A stretch of DNA of 64,000 bases from an uncultured Clostridia bacterium (GTDB lineage: Bacteria; Bacillota; Clostridia; TANB77; CAG-508): NCBI GenBank assembly GCA_944386645.1, contig CALXBW010000004.1, forward strand, positions 11,256 through 75,255, in the 5' to 3' direction. Position numbers and translations under genes: made by a program. Below are positions 19,352 through 29,625 of the stretch, one piece after another. The notes under the pieces are model-generated. The model had not been told where the DNA came from, did not search any database, and worked only from the letters and a program-made list of their open reading frames with translations. Position 1 is the stretch's first letter, and the number at the start of each line of letters is the position of its first letter.

Positions 19352-19582
19352 ATGAAAGAAATATTAGAAAGTATAATAAAAAATTTGGTAGAAAATAAAG
19401 ATGAAGTATCTATAAATGAAATTCAAGGTGAAAAATCTATTATTTTTGAAGTTAAAGTTGCTGAAAGTGATATGGGTAAAATAATAGGAAAACAAGGTAG
19501 AGTAGCAAAAGCTATAAGAACAATTATTAAAGCACTTGCTTCTAAAGAAGAAAAAAGAGTTACAATAGAATTTATTGGTTAA
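19352..19582 (+). CDS. KH-domain RNA-binding protein (YlqC family)
   Basis: A 76 aa protein with GKIIGKQGRVAKAIRTI (GxxG KH motif) in the conserved position between rpsP and rimM. Confidence 0.85.
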   Translation: MKEILESIIKNLVENKDEVSINEIQGEKSIIFEVKVAESDMGKIIGKQGRVAKAIRTIIKALASKEEKRVTIEFIG

Positions 19583-19588
19583 TTAATT

Positions 19589-20098
19589 ATGAAGGATTAT
19601 TTAGAAATAGGTCAAATTGTTAATACACATGGATTAAAAGGATATATTAAAGTTGTTCCATTTACTGATAGTATTAGTAGATTTGAAGAATTAACAAAAA
19701 TATATATTCAATACAAAAAAGAACTAATAGAATTTAAAATTGAAAAAGTCAAGTATTTAAAAAAATTAGTTACCTTAAAATTATATGGAATTAATCATAT
19801 TAATGAAGCTGAAAAATATAAAAATTGTTATATTTTTATAAAAAGAGAAGATGCAAAGAAATTAGAAGATGATACATATTTCATTGCAGATTTAATAGGG
19901 CTAGAAGTATATGATGAAACTAATAAATTAATAGGTAAGTTAAATGATATATATAATACTGGAAGTAACGATATATATGTTGTAAATTCTGATGATGGAA
20001 AACAAATATTATTTCCTTCATTAAAAAGTGTTATAAAGCAAATTGATATTAAAAATGGAAAAATAATAGTTGATGTAAATGGAGGAATTTATAATTAA
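19589..20098 (+). CDS. rimM: Ribosome maturation factor RimM
   Basis: GQIVNTHGLKGYIKV N-terminal motif and a PRC-barrel C-terminus. Operon position. Confidence 0.85.
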   Translation: MKDYLEIGQIVNTHGLKGYIKVVPFTDSISRFEELTKIYIQYKKELIEFKIEKVKYLKKLVTLKLYGINHINEAEKYKNCYIFIKREDAKKLEDDTYFIADLIGLEVYDETNKLIGKLNDIYNTGSNDIYVVNSDDGKQILFPSLKSVIKQIDIKNGKIIVDVNGGIYN

Positions 20099-20823
20099 TG
20101 AAATTCAATATATTAACACTTTTTCCAGAAATGTTTATTCCTTTAAATTATAGTATTTTAGGCAGAGCAATTAATAATGATATTATAAAAATAAATACTA
20201 TAAACATTAGAGATTTTTCAGAAGATAAGCATAAAAAAGTAGATGATACACCATATGGCGGAGGAGCTGGTATGGTAATGAGAGCTGATGTTGTTTATAA
20301 TGCTTATTCTTCAATAAAAACACCTGGAAAAGTTATTTATATGTCTCCAAGAGGAAGAAAATTATCTAATTCTGTAATAAAAGATATAGTAAACAAAGAA
20401 GAAAATATTACAATATTGTGTGGACATTATGAAGGCATAGATGAAAGAGTTATAGAAGAAATTGTTGATGAAGAAATTTCAATTGGTGATTATGTTTTAA
20501 CAGGTGGAGAATTACCAGCAATGGTTTTTATAGATGCTATATCAAGGTATATTGATGGAGTTATAAATAAGAAATCTGTAGAAGAAGAATCTTTTTCAAA
20601 TGGTTTGCTAGAATATCCACAATATACAAGACCAGAAATATTTTTAAATAAAAAAGTACCAGAAGTTTTATTAAGTGGACACCACAGGAATATTGAAATA
20701 TGGAGAAGAAAAGAATCTTTAAGAATTACATTATTACATAGACCAGATTTAATCCATAATTTAGTATTGTCTGAGGATGATAAAAAATATTTAGAAGAAT
20801 TAAGAAATACAAATAAAAGTTAA
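20098..20823 (+). CDS. trmD: tRNA (guanine37-N1)-methyltransferase TrmD
   Basis: [13 protein letters not shown]... and [13 protein letters not shown] motifs. Confidence 0.9.
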   Translation: MKFNILTLFPEMFIPLNYSILGRAINNDIIKINTINIRDFSEDKHKKVDDTPYGGGAGMVMRADVVYNAYSSIKTPGKVIYMSPRGRKLSNSVIKDIVNKEENITILCGHYEGIDERVIEEIVDEEISIGDYVLTGGELPAMVFIDAISRYIDGVINKKSVEEESFSNGLLEYPQYTRPEIFLNKKVPEVLLSGHHRNIEIWRRKESLRITLLHRPDLIHNLVLSEDDKKYLEELRNTNKS

Positions 20824-20849
20824 TTTTATTTGGAAGGAGGAAATATATA

Positions 20850-21368
20850 ATGGACATTATAAAGTCAATTGAACATGAACAATTAAAAGATAAGATTCCT
20901 TACTTAAAAGTAGGAGATACAGTTAGAGTTCATGTAAGAATAAAAGAAGGTAACAGGGAAAGAATTCAAGTATTTGAAGGAATAATTATTAAAAAACAAG
21001 GTGGAGGATTAAATGAAACATTTACAGTAAGAAGAATTTCTTATGGAGTAGGTGTAGAAAAAACATTTTTACTTCACGCACCATCAACAGAAAAAGTTGA
21101 AGTAGTTAGAGTAGGTAAAGCAAGAAGAGCAAAATTATACTATTTAAGAGATAGAGTAGGTAAAGCTGCTAAGACTAAAGAAAAAGTTGGTGCAAGAATT
21201 GAAACTAAGGAATTAGTTTTGAAAGAGAATTTAGAAAATAAAGAAGAAGAAATTAAAGAGGAACCTGTTACAAAAGTAACTGAAACAATGGATACTGTAA
21301 AAGAAGAAGTTGTTGAAGTTGTAAAAGAAGAGACACCAGTAAAAGAAGAAAATAAAGAAAGTAAATAA
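20850..21368 (+). CDS. rplS: 50S ribosomal protein L19 with a ~55 aa E/K/V-rich C-terminal extension
   Basis: The L19 core runs to ...[18 protein letters not shown] low-complexity acidic tail, [42 protein letters not shown], follows it. Confidence 0.85.
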   Translation: MDIIKSIEHEQLKDKIPYLKVGDTVRVHVRIKEGNRERIQVFEGIIIKKQGGGLNETFTVRRISYGVGVEKTFLLHAPSTEKVEVVRVGKARRAKLYYLRDRVGKAAKTKEKVGARIETKELVLKENLENKEEEIKEEPVTKVTETMDTVKEEVVEVVKEETPVKEENKESK

Positions 21369-21375
21369 TAAAAAT

Positions 21376-21415
21376 AAAAATGGATATAAGCATTATATCC
21401 ATTTTTATTTTTATT
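21376..21415 (+). terminator. Rho-independent terminator after rplS
   Basis: aaaAATGGATATAagcatTATATCCATTtttatttttattt, stem plus T-run. Confidence 0.7.
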
Positions 21416-21430
21416 TAAAGAAATCATTTA

Positions 21431-21581
21431 AGAAAAACCTAATGTATTTTTTATTTGTAACTCCCAGCATCGCACAGTCTGTAAAATATAATGTTAAAGG
21501 AAGTTATAATTATTTATAACAGACTGTTGGCTCGCTGGTCCCCACGAATTGTTACTTCATAAAAAGTACATTAGGTTTTTC
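21431..21581. repeat. Dispersed palindromic element, copy A (151 bp, with a ~35 nt insertion in its central loop)
   Basis: gaaaaacctaATGTAttttttatttGTAACtcccagcatcgcACAGTCTGT...ACAGACTGTtggctcgctggtccccacgaattGTTACttcataaaaagTACATtaggtttttc. Shares the core with copies at 29381, 46196 and 51527. Confidence 0.85.
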
Positions 21582-21601
21582 TGTAAGCATATAAATCTGT
21601 T

Positions 21602-23995
21602 TTATTCAAAAATCTTACTTTTTTCTGCATAGCTTTTAAGTTTTTCATATACAAGATAATTAATGCTTCCTGCAGGGAATGTTCCATCTTTATTTTTTTT
21701 GCCAGCTGGAACACCAGTTAATAATTCTATACCTTCATCTATAGTATTAATTGCATAGATATGGAAGTCACCATTTTTAACAGATTCTATTATTTCATCT
21801 GATAAATGAAGGTTTCTAACATTTTGTATTGGTATTATTACACCATGTTTTTTATTGAAACCACGCATTTTGCATATTTGGTAAAATCCTTCTATTTTCT
21901 CATTTACTCCGCCAATTGGTTGTATTTTACCTTTTTGATTAACAGAACCTGTAACAGCAAGTGATTGATTAATTGGAATGCCTGATAAACTAGATAATAG
22001 GGCATAGGCTTCTGTACTAGAAGCACTGTCTCCATCTACACCATTATATAATTGTTCAAAGCAAAGACTAGCTGTTAGTGAAAGAGGGAAGTCTTGAGCA
22101 AATTTTTCTCCTAAATATCCTGTAAGTATTAATACACCTTTTGAATGTGAAGGACCAGATATTTCAATTTCTCTTTCTATATTTGTTATGCCTGATTTTC
22201 CAAGATAAGTGTTAGCTGTTATTTTAGATGGTTTTCCGAATGAATAATCTCCTATAGTAATAATAGTTAATCCGTTAATTTGTCCAACCTCATAACCATC
22301 TGTTGATATTAATAAAGTATTCTCTTTAATCATTTCTAAATATCTTGAATCATATTTCTTTATTCTTTCAACTCTTTGATCTAAAGCTTTTTGTATAAAC
22401 TCTTTTGTTATTATTTTCTTTTTAGCCATTTTAGCCCATGTAGAAGATTCTGCAACAATCTGACTAATTTCATTAAATTTAGTAGATATTTTATCTTTAT
22501 CATCTGCAAGTCTTGAAGCAAATTCAACTATTTTAGCCATAGCTTCTTTATCTAAGTCTAAAATTTCAGAATTCTTACAGTAATTACCTATAAATTGTGA
22601 TAGCTTTTGAATATTTTCATCTGTTTTTGGAGCATCTTCTTCAAATTCTACTTTAACTTTAAATAATTTACTAAAGTCTTCATCTAAAGAAAGAAGAGTA
22701 TAATACATATTTGCATCTCCAATTAATATAACTTTAACATTTAATGGTATAGGTTCAGGTTTTAGAGAAACTAATACCATTGAAGATCTTTGATCAATAG
22801 AGTTTTCTATATTTAATAATTTAACGCTCAATGATTTTTTTAATGCTTCATAACAACCAGGATTTGCAATCAAATCTTTAGCTTGGAATATAATATATCC
22901 ACCATTTGCTTTATGAAGCAAGCCAGGCTTTAACATGGTATAATCAGTTTTTAATGCACCAAATTGATTTTCATATTCTAATTTTCCGAATATATTATTA
23001 TAAGAATAGTTTGTATCCATTATTACAGGTGCACCTTCTAAGCCACTATTATCTATGAATAAATTTACTTTATAATTATTCCATGGTGCTTTATTATCAG
23101 TTTTTTGCATATTCATATTTCTAACATTTTTTTCTGCAATTTCATCTTGAGTAAAATATGAAATGTTTTTTAATATATCTTTTTTTATATTTTCAAGAAA
23201 TTTATTTATTTTTTTGTTCCTTTTGAAAATTGTTTTAACAGTATTTATATGAAGATTTATAGTAAGTAAAGCTATATTAGATTGCCATTCATCTATTTTT
23301 TTATCGGCTTCTTTTTCAATAGCTTTAATTTCGTTTATAGCTTCATATATTTGTTGTTGTACGATATTAGATTTTTCTTCAAATTCTTGTCTTACAGCTT
23401 CATCTAGATTATTAAATTCTTCTTCTTCTATTGTTTTACCATTAAGAACTGGCATCATGTATATACCATTTTGAGCAGTTTTAACCTGGAAACCATGTTT
23501 TATAGATTTTTCATTTAATTTGGTTAATAACAAATCTCTCTTTTCTTCAAATTCTTGTCTTATTAATTGTTTTTCTTTTTCAAAATCTTCATTGTCAAAA
23601 GTTCTTTTTATATCTAGTCTTACATCTTTTATAAAATCATCCATTGTTTTCTTAAATAATTTACCTTGTCCAGCTGGGAAAGAGATAGCAATTGGTTCAT
23701 TAGGGTCATCAAAATTATATATATAACACCAATCATTAGGAATTTTTTTCTTTTTAGAAACTGTTTCTAAATAATTTTTTGTATACATTGTTTTTCCAAC
23801 ACCAGTTGGTCCCTCAACAAATATGTTATATCCTTTTACTTCTACTTGTACACCAAATTGTAATGCATTTATTCCTCTATCTTGTCCATATATAGTATTG
23901 TATTCTTTTATGTCTGCTGTTGTATTAAATTTAAAGATATTGGGATCGCATACATCTTTTAATTGTTTGTAATTTAATTCTAGTGAATTTTTCAT
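21602..23995 (-). CDS. Lon-like ATP-dependent protease (AAA+ ATPase plus S16 peptidase domain, COG1067 type)
   Basis: Walker A GPTGVGKT. C-terminal Lon proteolytic domain with GPSHSKGV...DGDSASS...catalytic Ser/Lys region (SGIPINQSLAVTGSVNQKGKIQPIGGVNEKIEG). Confidence 0.75.
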   Translation of the reverse strand: MKNSLELNYKQLKDVCDPNIFKFNTTADIKEYNTIYGQDRGINALQFGVQVEVKGYNIFVEGPTGVGKTMYTKNYLETVSKKKKIPNDWCYIYNFDDPNEPIAISFPAGQGKLFKKTMDDFIKDVRLDIKRTFDNEDFEKEKQLIRQEFEEKRDLLLTKLNEKSIKHGFQVKTAQNGIYMMPVLNGKTIEEEEFNNLDEAVRQEFEEKSNIVQQQIYEAINEIKAIEKEADKKIDEWQSNIALLTINLHINTVKTIFKRNKKINKFLENIKKDILKNISYFTQDEIAEKNVRNMNMQKTDNKAPWNNYKVNLFIDNSGLEGAPVIMDTNYSYNNIFGKLEYENQFGALKTDYTMLKPGLLHKANGGYIIFQAKDLIANPGCYEALKKSLSVKLLNIENSIDQRSSMVLVSLKPEPIPLNVKVILIGDANMYYTLLSLDEDFSKLFKVKVEFEEDAPKTDENIQKLSQFIGNYCKNSEILDLDKEAMAKIVEFASRLADDKDKISTKFNEISQIVAESSTWAKMAKKKIITKEFIQKALDQRVERIKKYDSRYLEMIKENTLLISTDGYEVGQINGLTIITIGDYSFGKPSKITANTYLGKSGITNIEREIEISGPSHSKGVLILTGYLGEKFAQDFPLSLTASLCFEQLYNGVDGDSASSTEAYALLSSLSGIPINQSLAVTGSVNQKGKIQPIGGVNEKIEGFYQICKMRGFNKKHGVIIPIQNVRNLHLSDEIIESVKNGDFHIYAINTIDEGIELLTGVPAGKKNKDGTFPAGSINYLVYEKLKSYAEKSKIFE

Positions 23996-24015
23996 TAGTT
24001 TTCCTCCTTAAAATT

Positions 24016-24534
24016 TTATTTATTGTTAAGGTCTAGAGTCATAATAATAGCATTCTCGTCTAAACCATAATAATTTTTTCTTAATCCTACTTTTTTAAAA
24101 CCAGATTTTAAGTATAAATTAATGGCTGGTAAATTTTTGTCATTTACTTCTAAAGTTATAGATTTCATATTTTTGATATTTCTTCCTATTTTAATAAGAT
24201 GTTCCAATATTACATTTCCTATACCTAATTTTCTGAAATTTTTTTTAACTACTATGTTAGTAATATGAACATCATCAACTGCTTTCCAAATACCACCAAA
24301 GCCAACAATATTGTCTTCTAGTTTGGCAATAATATAGTAAGAATTTTCGTTTTTTAGTTCTTCTTTAAAAACATTATAGTTCCAAAAATCGTCAAATTCA
24401 TCTTGTAGTACAGATTTTATTGAGTCTAAATCATCAATAGACATCTTATCTATAATAATATTATTTTTCATTTTTTTCAAGCATCCTCTCAGCTTGAGAT
24501 TTTCTAAGATATATAGGCAATAATTCATCTGCAT
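24016..24534 (-). CDS. rimI: Ribosomal-protein-alanine N-acetyltransferase RimI (GNAT)
   Basis: GNAT acetyl-CoA motif RKLGIGNVIL. Operon with tsaB/tsaE and overlapping the tsaB stop. Confidence 0.75.
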   Translation of the reverse strand: MQMNYCLYILENLKLRGCLKKMKNNIIIDKMSIDDLDSIKSVLQDEFDDFWNYNVFKEELKNENSYYIIAKLEDNIVGFGGIWKAVDDVHITNIVVKKNFRKLGIGNVILEHLIKIGRNIKNMKSITLEVNDKNLPAINLYLKSGFKKVGLRKNYYGLDENAIIMTLDLNNK

Positions 24535-25147
24535 TGCAATATTCTTTTTTTTCTATTTTTTTCCTAGATGCTACTAATACTTTAGAAGATAGCAAATCAT
24601 TTTGCTCATGAAAAATAGCTTTAGACGACAATTTTTCTATAATCTTTTCTTTATTTACTATAGCACCATTTCCAACAAAAGTTATTTTATTATCTAAATT
24701 AGATAAATAGTTTAAAGCCTCATCAATATGTTCTGCTTTTAAATCTTGTATTGGTAAATGATTTTTATCAAATGTACAATAATATATGTTTTCATTTCTT
24801 GCATCTATCATACTACAAATTAATCCATCAGAAATATTTACATTATATGAAAGTGCTTGTAAAGAAGAGATAGGGGCAATAGGTATATTATGTACTTCTG
24901 AAATAGCTTTTATTGTAGCTATTCCTATTCTAATTCCAGTAAAAGAACCTGGTCCAACATCACAAGCTAAATAACTGATATCTTTTAAGGAATAATTTGT
25001 AGTTTTTAATAATTTATCTATTAATGGCATTAAATTTTCAGAATGTGTTTTAGCATCATTAATACTTAATTCTTTAATAATAGTATTTTCATTTCCAAGA
25101 CTCACTGAACATATATTAGTTGATGTACTTATACTAAGAATTACCAT
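24461..25147 (-). CDS. tsaB: tRNA threonylcarbamoyladenosine biosynthesis protein TsaB (YeaZ)
   Basis: MVILSISTST...ICSVSL N-terminus typical of the inactive Kae1/TsaD paralog. Confidence 0.8.
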   Translation of the reverse strand: MVILSISTSTNICSVSLGNENTIIKELSINDAKTHSENLMPLIDKLLKTTNYSLKDISYLACDVGPGSFTGIRIGIATIKAISEVHNIPIAPISSLQALSYNVNISDGLICSMIDARNENIYYCTFDKNHLPIQDLKAEHIDEALNYLSNLDNKITFVGNGAIVNKEKIIEKLSSKAIFHEQNDLLSSKVLVASRKKIEKKEYCNADELLPIYLRKSQAERMLEKNEK

Positions 25148-25607
25148 TTAAAACTACCTCCATTATATTTTTGAATCTATCACTATTTGCATAAATGTTT
25201 AAAATTCTCTTATCTAGGTTATTAGGATCTCTTTCAAAAGTTATTTTTAAAAAATTTTTAGGTAAAATACTTTCTATTAATTCACCCCATTCAATAATGC
25301 ATATACCATTATCAAAATATTCGTCTCCACCTAATGCGTAAAACTCGTCTATATCAGCTAATCTATATACATCAAAATGATAGATATTTGTATTATTAGG
25401 TGCATTATATTCATTTACAATAGTAAATGTTGGGCTTGAAATTTCTGTATCAAGTGAAAAAAATTTAAGTATTCCTTGAGTGAATTTTGTTTTTCCAGAA
25501 CCTAAATCACCACTTAATATTATAATATCACCATTTTGTAAATAACTTGCTAATTTACAAGCAAAATTAATTGTATCATTTTCATTTTGTGAAACATATT
25601 TAAACAT
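25134..25607 (-). CDS. tsaE: tRNA t6A ATPase TsaE (YjeE)
   Basis: Walker A GDLGSGKTKFTQGI. ~155 aa. Confidence 0.85.
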   Translation of the reverse strand: MFKYVSQNENDTINFACKLASYLQNGDIIILSGDLGSGKTKFTQGILKFFSLDTEISSPTFTIVNEYNAPNNTNIYHFDVYRLADIDEFYALGGDEYFDNGICIIEWGELIESILPKNFLKITFERDPNNLDKRILNIYANSDRFKNIMEVVLNGNS

Positions 25608-25756
25608 ATAAAAACCTCACAGTAATTATTTAATATTATTGATAAAATTCAAAGTTAATTTTATATTAGTACTAATTATTTGTAAATATGTTTTGATAAA
25701 AAATTAGAGTAATTTCAAAAATAAAGTATTTATATATTTTAGTAAAAATTTTGTAG

Positions 25757-25775
25757 GGGAGAACAGTGTTCTCCC
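25757..25775. promoter_or_regulatory. Perfect GC-rich palindrome GGGAGAAC-agt-GTTCTCCC in the divergent intergenic region
   Basis: Read directly. The 8 bp arms stand out in 25% GC DNA, and no T-run follows on either strand, so this is a candidate operator rather than a terminator. Confidence 0.3.
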
Positions 25776-25935
25776 GTTCTGCAAAGAGATTGCTTAAAAA
25801 ACATAAAATCTAAACCTAATTAAATATAAGTACAGCTTATATTTATAATAAGTATAAATAATTTGATATTTACATAAAAATAAAGTATAATATATTTAGT
25901 TACAGAATTATGTAAAATTTAAAGGAGTGTAAAAA

Positions 25936-26415
25936 ATGATTAAAGTGACAAAATACAATGTGACAGAAATTATCAGAGAAAGGATGGCTAAGGTTACAAT
26001 TCTCAAACACAGTGAAGCAGATAGTTATGATTCTGATTTAATTGTAGATGGAAATCCCGAAAGTAAAATTGATAAAAACTTAATTTTCGTTGACGTCTCA
26101 GATGATGAGACATGCCTAGTTGCTCGAAAAATTTGGGAATATAATTCAAAAATAAAATTAAAATCTCTATCATTGCCAATAAGTGACATGTGTCGAGAAA
26201 GTACTTATTATCCACTCTCTGTAGATGACTATCTTGAGGGCTATACTACAGTTGAAAGCCTGAGAAATGAAATAAGGAGAAGGATTAATTGTGTAATAAA
26301 AATCTTGAACTTTATGTCGAAAAACAATATATATGCGATGATATACGAAGTATTCGTATATATAAAGGCAGTGGTCGAAAACTATGATAATTTATTAAAG
26401 ATTAAATTAATTTAA
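25936..26415 (+). CDS. Hypothetical protein (159 aa)
   Basis: ORF with RBS aaggagtg. No recognisable motif. A terminator follows. Confidence 0.45.
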   Translation: MIKVTKYNVTEIIRERMAKVTILKHSEADSYDSDLIVDGNPESKIDKNLIFVDVSDDETCLVARKIWEYNSKIKLKSLSLPISDMCRESTYYPLSVDDYLEGYTTVESLRNEIRRRINCVIKILNFMSKNNIYAMIYEVFVYIKAVVENYDNLLKIKLI

Positions 26416-26423
26416 GTACACTC

Positions 26424-26461
26424 AAGCCCCTAGCTAGAATTAGCTGGGGGATTTCTTTTTG
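26424..26461 (+). terminator. Rho-independent terminator
   Basis: AGCCCCTAGCTagaatTAGCTGGGGGatttcttttt. Confidence 0.7.
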
Positions 26462-26516
26462 CCTAAAAAATAGTATATAAAATAAACAATTGCAAAAAAT
26501 AAAATTGGTGGTTAAT

Positions 26517-26774
26517 ATGAAAATTTCATGTATTAAATCAAATAAAGATAAAAAAAGTTTTAAATTTGCAGAATTGTTAGGAATAGATGTATATAGTATT
26601 GAAAGATTAGACGATGTAGATAATGTTTTAGATGAACTTGTAAATAACAAATGTAAGACTATTTTCATTTCAAATGAATTAGCAGGCTTTTCACAAAAAA
26701 TTATGAAGGAATACTATAATGATAAAGATGTAAATATTATTATATCTAAAAGTAAAAGAATATATGATGATTAA
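26517..26774 (+). CDS. Small hypothetical protein with weak V-type ATPase subunit F-like features
   Basis: MKISCIKSNKD...ELLGIDVYSIERLDDVDNVLDEL....IFISNELAG resembles the AtpF/NtpG Rossmann-like pattern. The start was chosen at the ATG 8 nt after ggtgg. Confidence 0.3.
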   Translation: MKISCIKSNKDKKSFKFAELLGIDVYSIERLDDVDNVLDELVNNKCKTIFISNELAGFSQKIMKEYYNDKDVNIIISKSKRIYDD

Positions 26775-26806
26775 TATGCATATACTTTAACAAATGGAGG
26801 AGATAT

Positions 26807-27352
26807 ATGGCAGAAAAAAATAATTTATATAATACATTTGTAGAAGATTTTGCTAGAGTAATATGTCAGCAAACTGCAGGGAAAGAGTATTCTAATATAA
26901 TTTTTTTGTGTATAGGAACAGATAGAATAACAGGTGATACATTTGGACCTTTAGTTGGATATAAATTAGATATATTATTTAGAGATACTAATAGAATTAA
27001 TGTAATAGGAAATTTATCAGAACCTGTATGCTGTAATAATATAGATAGTGTTTTAAATAATATAAATGAACAATTTAGAAATCCTTTTATTGTTGCTATA
27101 GATTCAGCTTTATCTATAGTGTCTGATAATATTGGGAGAATAACAGTATCTGAAGGAGGACTATGTATAGGTAGTGGTCTTGATAAAAATAATGTACATA
27201 TTGGTGACATGAATATTAAAGGTATAGTAGGAAGAGATACAAGAAAACCTATACAGAATTTTAGAATATTACAAAATACTTCATTAAATTTGGTCATGAG
27301 ATTGGCAGATACTGTTTCTAAAGGAATATATCGTACAATAAATTTTAAATAA
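26807..27352 (+). CDS. yyaC: Spore protease YyaC family (DUF1256/TIGR02841)
   Basis: IIFLCIGTDRITGDTFGPLVGYKL matches the YyaC/GPR-like core VCIGTDRSTGDxLGPLVG. Confidence 0.75.
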   Translation: MAEKNNLYNTFVEDFARVICQQTAGKEYSNIIFLCIGTDRITGDTFGPLVGYKLDILFRDTNRINVIGNLSEPVCCNNIDSVLNNINEQFRNPFIVAIDSALSIVSDNIGRITVSEGGLCIGSGLDKNNVHIGDMNIKGIVGRDTRKPIQNFRILQNTSLNLVMRLADTVSKGIYRTINFK

Positions 27353-27416
27353 TTGAATAAGATTATATTTTCTGGAAAAGCTTTATATATAATGTAACAT
27401 TTTCCAGGAGGTATTT

Positions 27417-27746
27417 ATGGAAATTAGTAATCTAAGAAATATGGTAATATTAAAAAATTTACCATCTAATATAGTGGAAGAAGCTATTGTTGTATTAAAA
27501 GAGAATCAGAAAATAAAGAAAAAAGAGTATATAGACAATGGTAAGAAGAGTTCAGAAATTCAAAAAGATGATAGAGAGTATATAGTTAATGAGGCTAGAT
27601 TAGTTATATCTGATTGTATAAATAATTTAGAAAAAAAGAATAAAAAGCCAGATAATCAAATTCAAAAAAAGTATAAAAGAATCCAATATATAAATTATGC
27701 ATTGATTGGTGTATGTTTTTTACAATTTATAATTTGGCTTATATAG
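27417..27746 (+). CDS. Hypothetical protein with a C-terminal TM segment (109 aa)
   Basis: ORF with RBS ccaggaggt. Lys-rich with a hydrophobic C-terminus. Confidence 0.4.
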   Translation: MEISNLRNMVILKNLPSNIVEEAIVVLKENQKIKKKEYIDNGKKSSEIQKDDREYIVNEARLVISDCINNLEKKNKKPDNQIQKKYKRIQYINYALIGVCFLQFIIWLI

Positions 27747-27825
27747 ATATTAAAAAAATGTAAATAATAAATTTTATATTTTATTATTTACATTTTTTTT
27801 GAAAATTAAGATATTAAATTAAATA

Positions 27826-29250
27826 CTAAGCTGCTGTTGTCGTTGGTGTTGTGACATTTTTGGTATTTCTTGTTTTGTAAAATGCAAAGATTGCTACTAG
27901 AACTGCAACAACTGATATACAAGCTGATGCTATAAATGAAACATTTATACCATGTATTAAAGCAAATTGTGCTCCTTGATCTGCAACTGCACTTGTTGCA
28001 CTAGATTGTATAGTAACAAATATTGCAGTACCTATAGAACCTGCAACTTGCCTTAAAGTATTGTTTGAGGCTGTTGCATCTGGAATTGATTTGTTTGCTA
28101 CAGAGTTTAATCCCCAAGTTGTAATTGGCATTAAAGCCATAGAAACTCCAAACATACGTATTGCATAAATTATGCAAATATATACAATTGATGTATCTGG
28201 TCCTAGTTGCATTAATGCAAATGTTGATAATGCCATTATTGATAATCCTGTAATTACTAATTTTTGTGGTCCATATTTATCAAATAATCTTCCTGTTATA
28301 GGACTCATAACACCCATTATGATTGCACCTGGTAATAATAATAATCCAGATTCAATTGCAGAAAATCCTCTTCCTGTTTGCATATATATTGGTAATAACA
28401 TTTCTGTTGCAATCATAGATGAAAATACAATCATAGATACTAAGCATGAATATACAAATACTTTGTTTTTAAATACTCTAAGATTTAATAAAGGTTTTTC
28501 TAATTTTAATTGTCTTATTACAAATAGAACTAGAATGATAGCACCAATTAATATACTACCTATTATTAACATATTAGCCCATCCTGTAGAACCAGCTTCG
28601 CTGAATCCATACAATAATAATGTAAATCCTAAAGTTGATAATATTACAGAAGGAATATCTAATTTATGTTCTTCTTTTTCGCCAACATTTATTAAGCTGA
28701 AATATGCAAATATGATATCTATTATTGCAATAGGTATTATTAAATAGAATAATGCATGCCAACTAAAAGCATCTGTTATAACTCCTGAAAGAGTAGGCCC
28801 AATAGCTGGAGCAAATGCAATTATTATACCAACAGTTCCCATTGCACTACCTCTATTTTCTTTAGGGAAAATGTCTATTAATGTGTTCATTGTAAGTGGC
28901 ATTAATATACCTGCACCTGCAGCTTGGAACACTCTAGCTATAAGTAAAAATGTAAAATTAGGTGAAATAGCTGCAATTATTGTACCAACTGTAAATATTG
29001 ACATAGATGCAATATACAATTGTCTAGTTGTAAATCTGTTAATTAGATATGCAGAAATAGGTATCATGATAGCATTTGTTAGCATAAAGATAGTAGTTAA
29101 CCATTGAGCTACATTTGTCTCGATATTAAAATCTTCCATTATTTTAGGGACTGCTGCTGATAGTAAAGTTTGATTTAAAATTGCAACAAAAGTACCTACT
29201 AACATAACAGAAATAAGCATAATTTTTTTCTTATCTTTTACTCCTCCCAT
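27826..29250 (-). CDS. MFS transporter, DHA2 (EmrB/QacA-like) 14-TM drug:H+ antiporter family
   Basis: 474 aa and ~14 hydrophobic segments. MFS motif-A-like GRLFDKYGPQK. Confidence 0.75.
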   Translation of the reverse strand: MGGVKDKKKIMLISVMLVGTFVAILNQTLLSAAVPKIMEDFNIETNVAQWLTTIFMLTNAIMIPISAYLINRFTTRQLYIASMSIFTVGTIIAAISPNFTFLLIARVFQAAGAGILMPLTMNTLIDIFPKENRGSAMGTVGIIIAFAPAIGPTLSGVITDAFSWHALFYLIIPIAIIDIIFAYFSLINVGEKEEHKLDIPSVILSTLGFTLLLYGFSEAGSTGWANMLIIGSILIGAIILVLFVIRQLKLEKPLLNLRVFKNKVFVYSCLVSMIVFSSMIATEMLLPIYMQTGRGFSAIESGLLLLPGAIIMGVMSPITGRLFDKYGPQKLVITGLSIMALSTFALMQLGPDTSIVYICIIYAIRMFGVSMALMPITTWGLNSVANKSIPDATASNNTLRQVAGSIGTAIFVTIQSSATSAVADQGAQFALIHGINVSFIASACISVVAVLVAIFAFYKTRNTKNVTTPTTTAA

Positions 29251-29380
29251 TATAAAATCCTCCTCTCAAAAAAACATTTTTATTTATTAGCAACCTAACT
29301 ATTATACAATACCATTTTTTAATTGTCAATATAATTAGACACCTAAATAATAATTTTTTATTTTATATATTTAATTAATC

Positions 29381-29527
29381 AAAAATTTAATGTATTTTTT
29401 ATTTGTAACTCCCAGCGTCGCACAGTCTGTAAAATAAAAGAGAAAGTAATAAAAAATTATCTAAACAGACTGTAAGCTTGCTGGTCCCCACGAATTGTTA
29501 CTTCATAAAAAGTACATTAAATTTTTT
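29381..29527. repeat. Dispersed palindromic element, copy B
   Basis: aaaaatttaATGTAttttttatttGTAACtcccagcgtcgcACAGTCTGT...ACAGACTGTaagcttgctggtccccacgaattGTTACttcataaaaagTACATtaaattttttt. Lies in the divergent region between the MFS gene and the M23 peptidase gene. Confidence 0.85.
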
Positions 29528-29625
29528 TAAATATATACAATTAGAAATTGAAATACATGTATCATAAAAAATTTTTTATAACATATATTAGCAATATAGA
29601 TTACGAAGGAAGAGGTGTTATTATT

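Noticed and set aside
21431-21581. Small self-cleaving ribozyme (hammerhead, twister, pistol) inside the dispersed element
   Set aside because: No CUGAUGA...GAAA hammerhead core and no twister or pistol conserved nucleotides were found on either strand.
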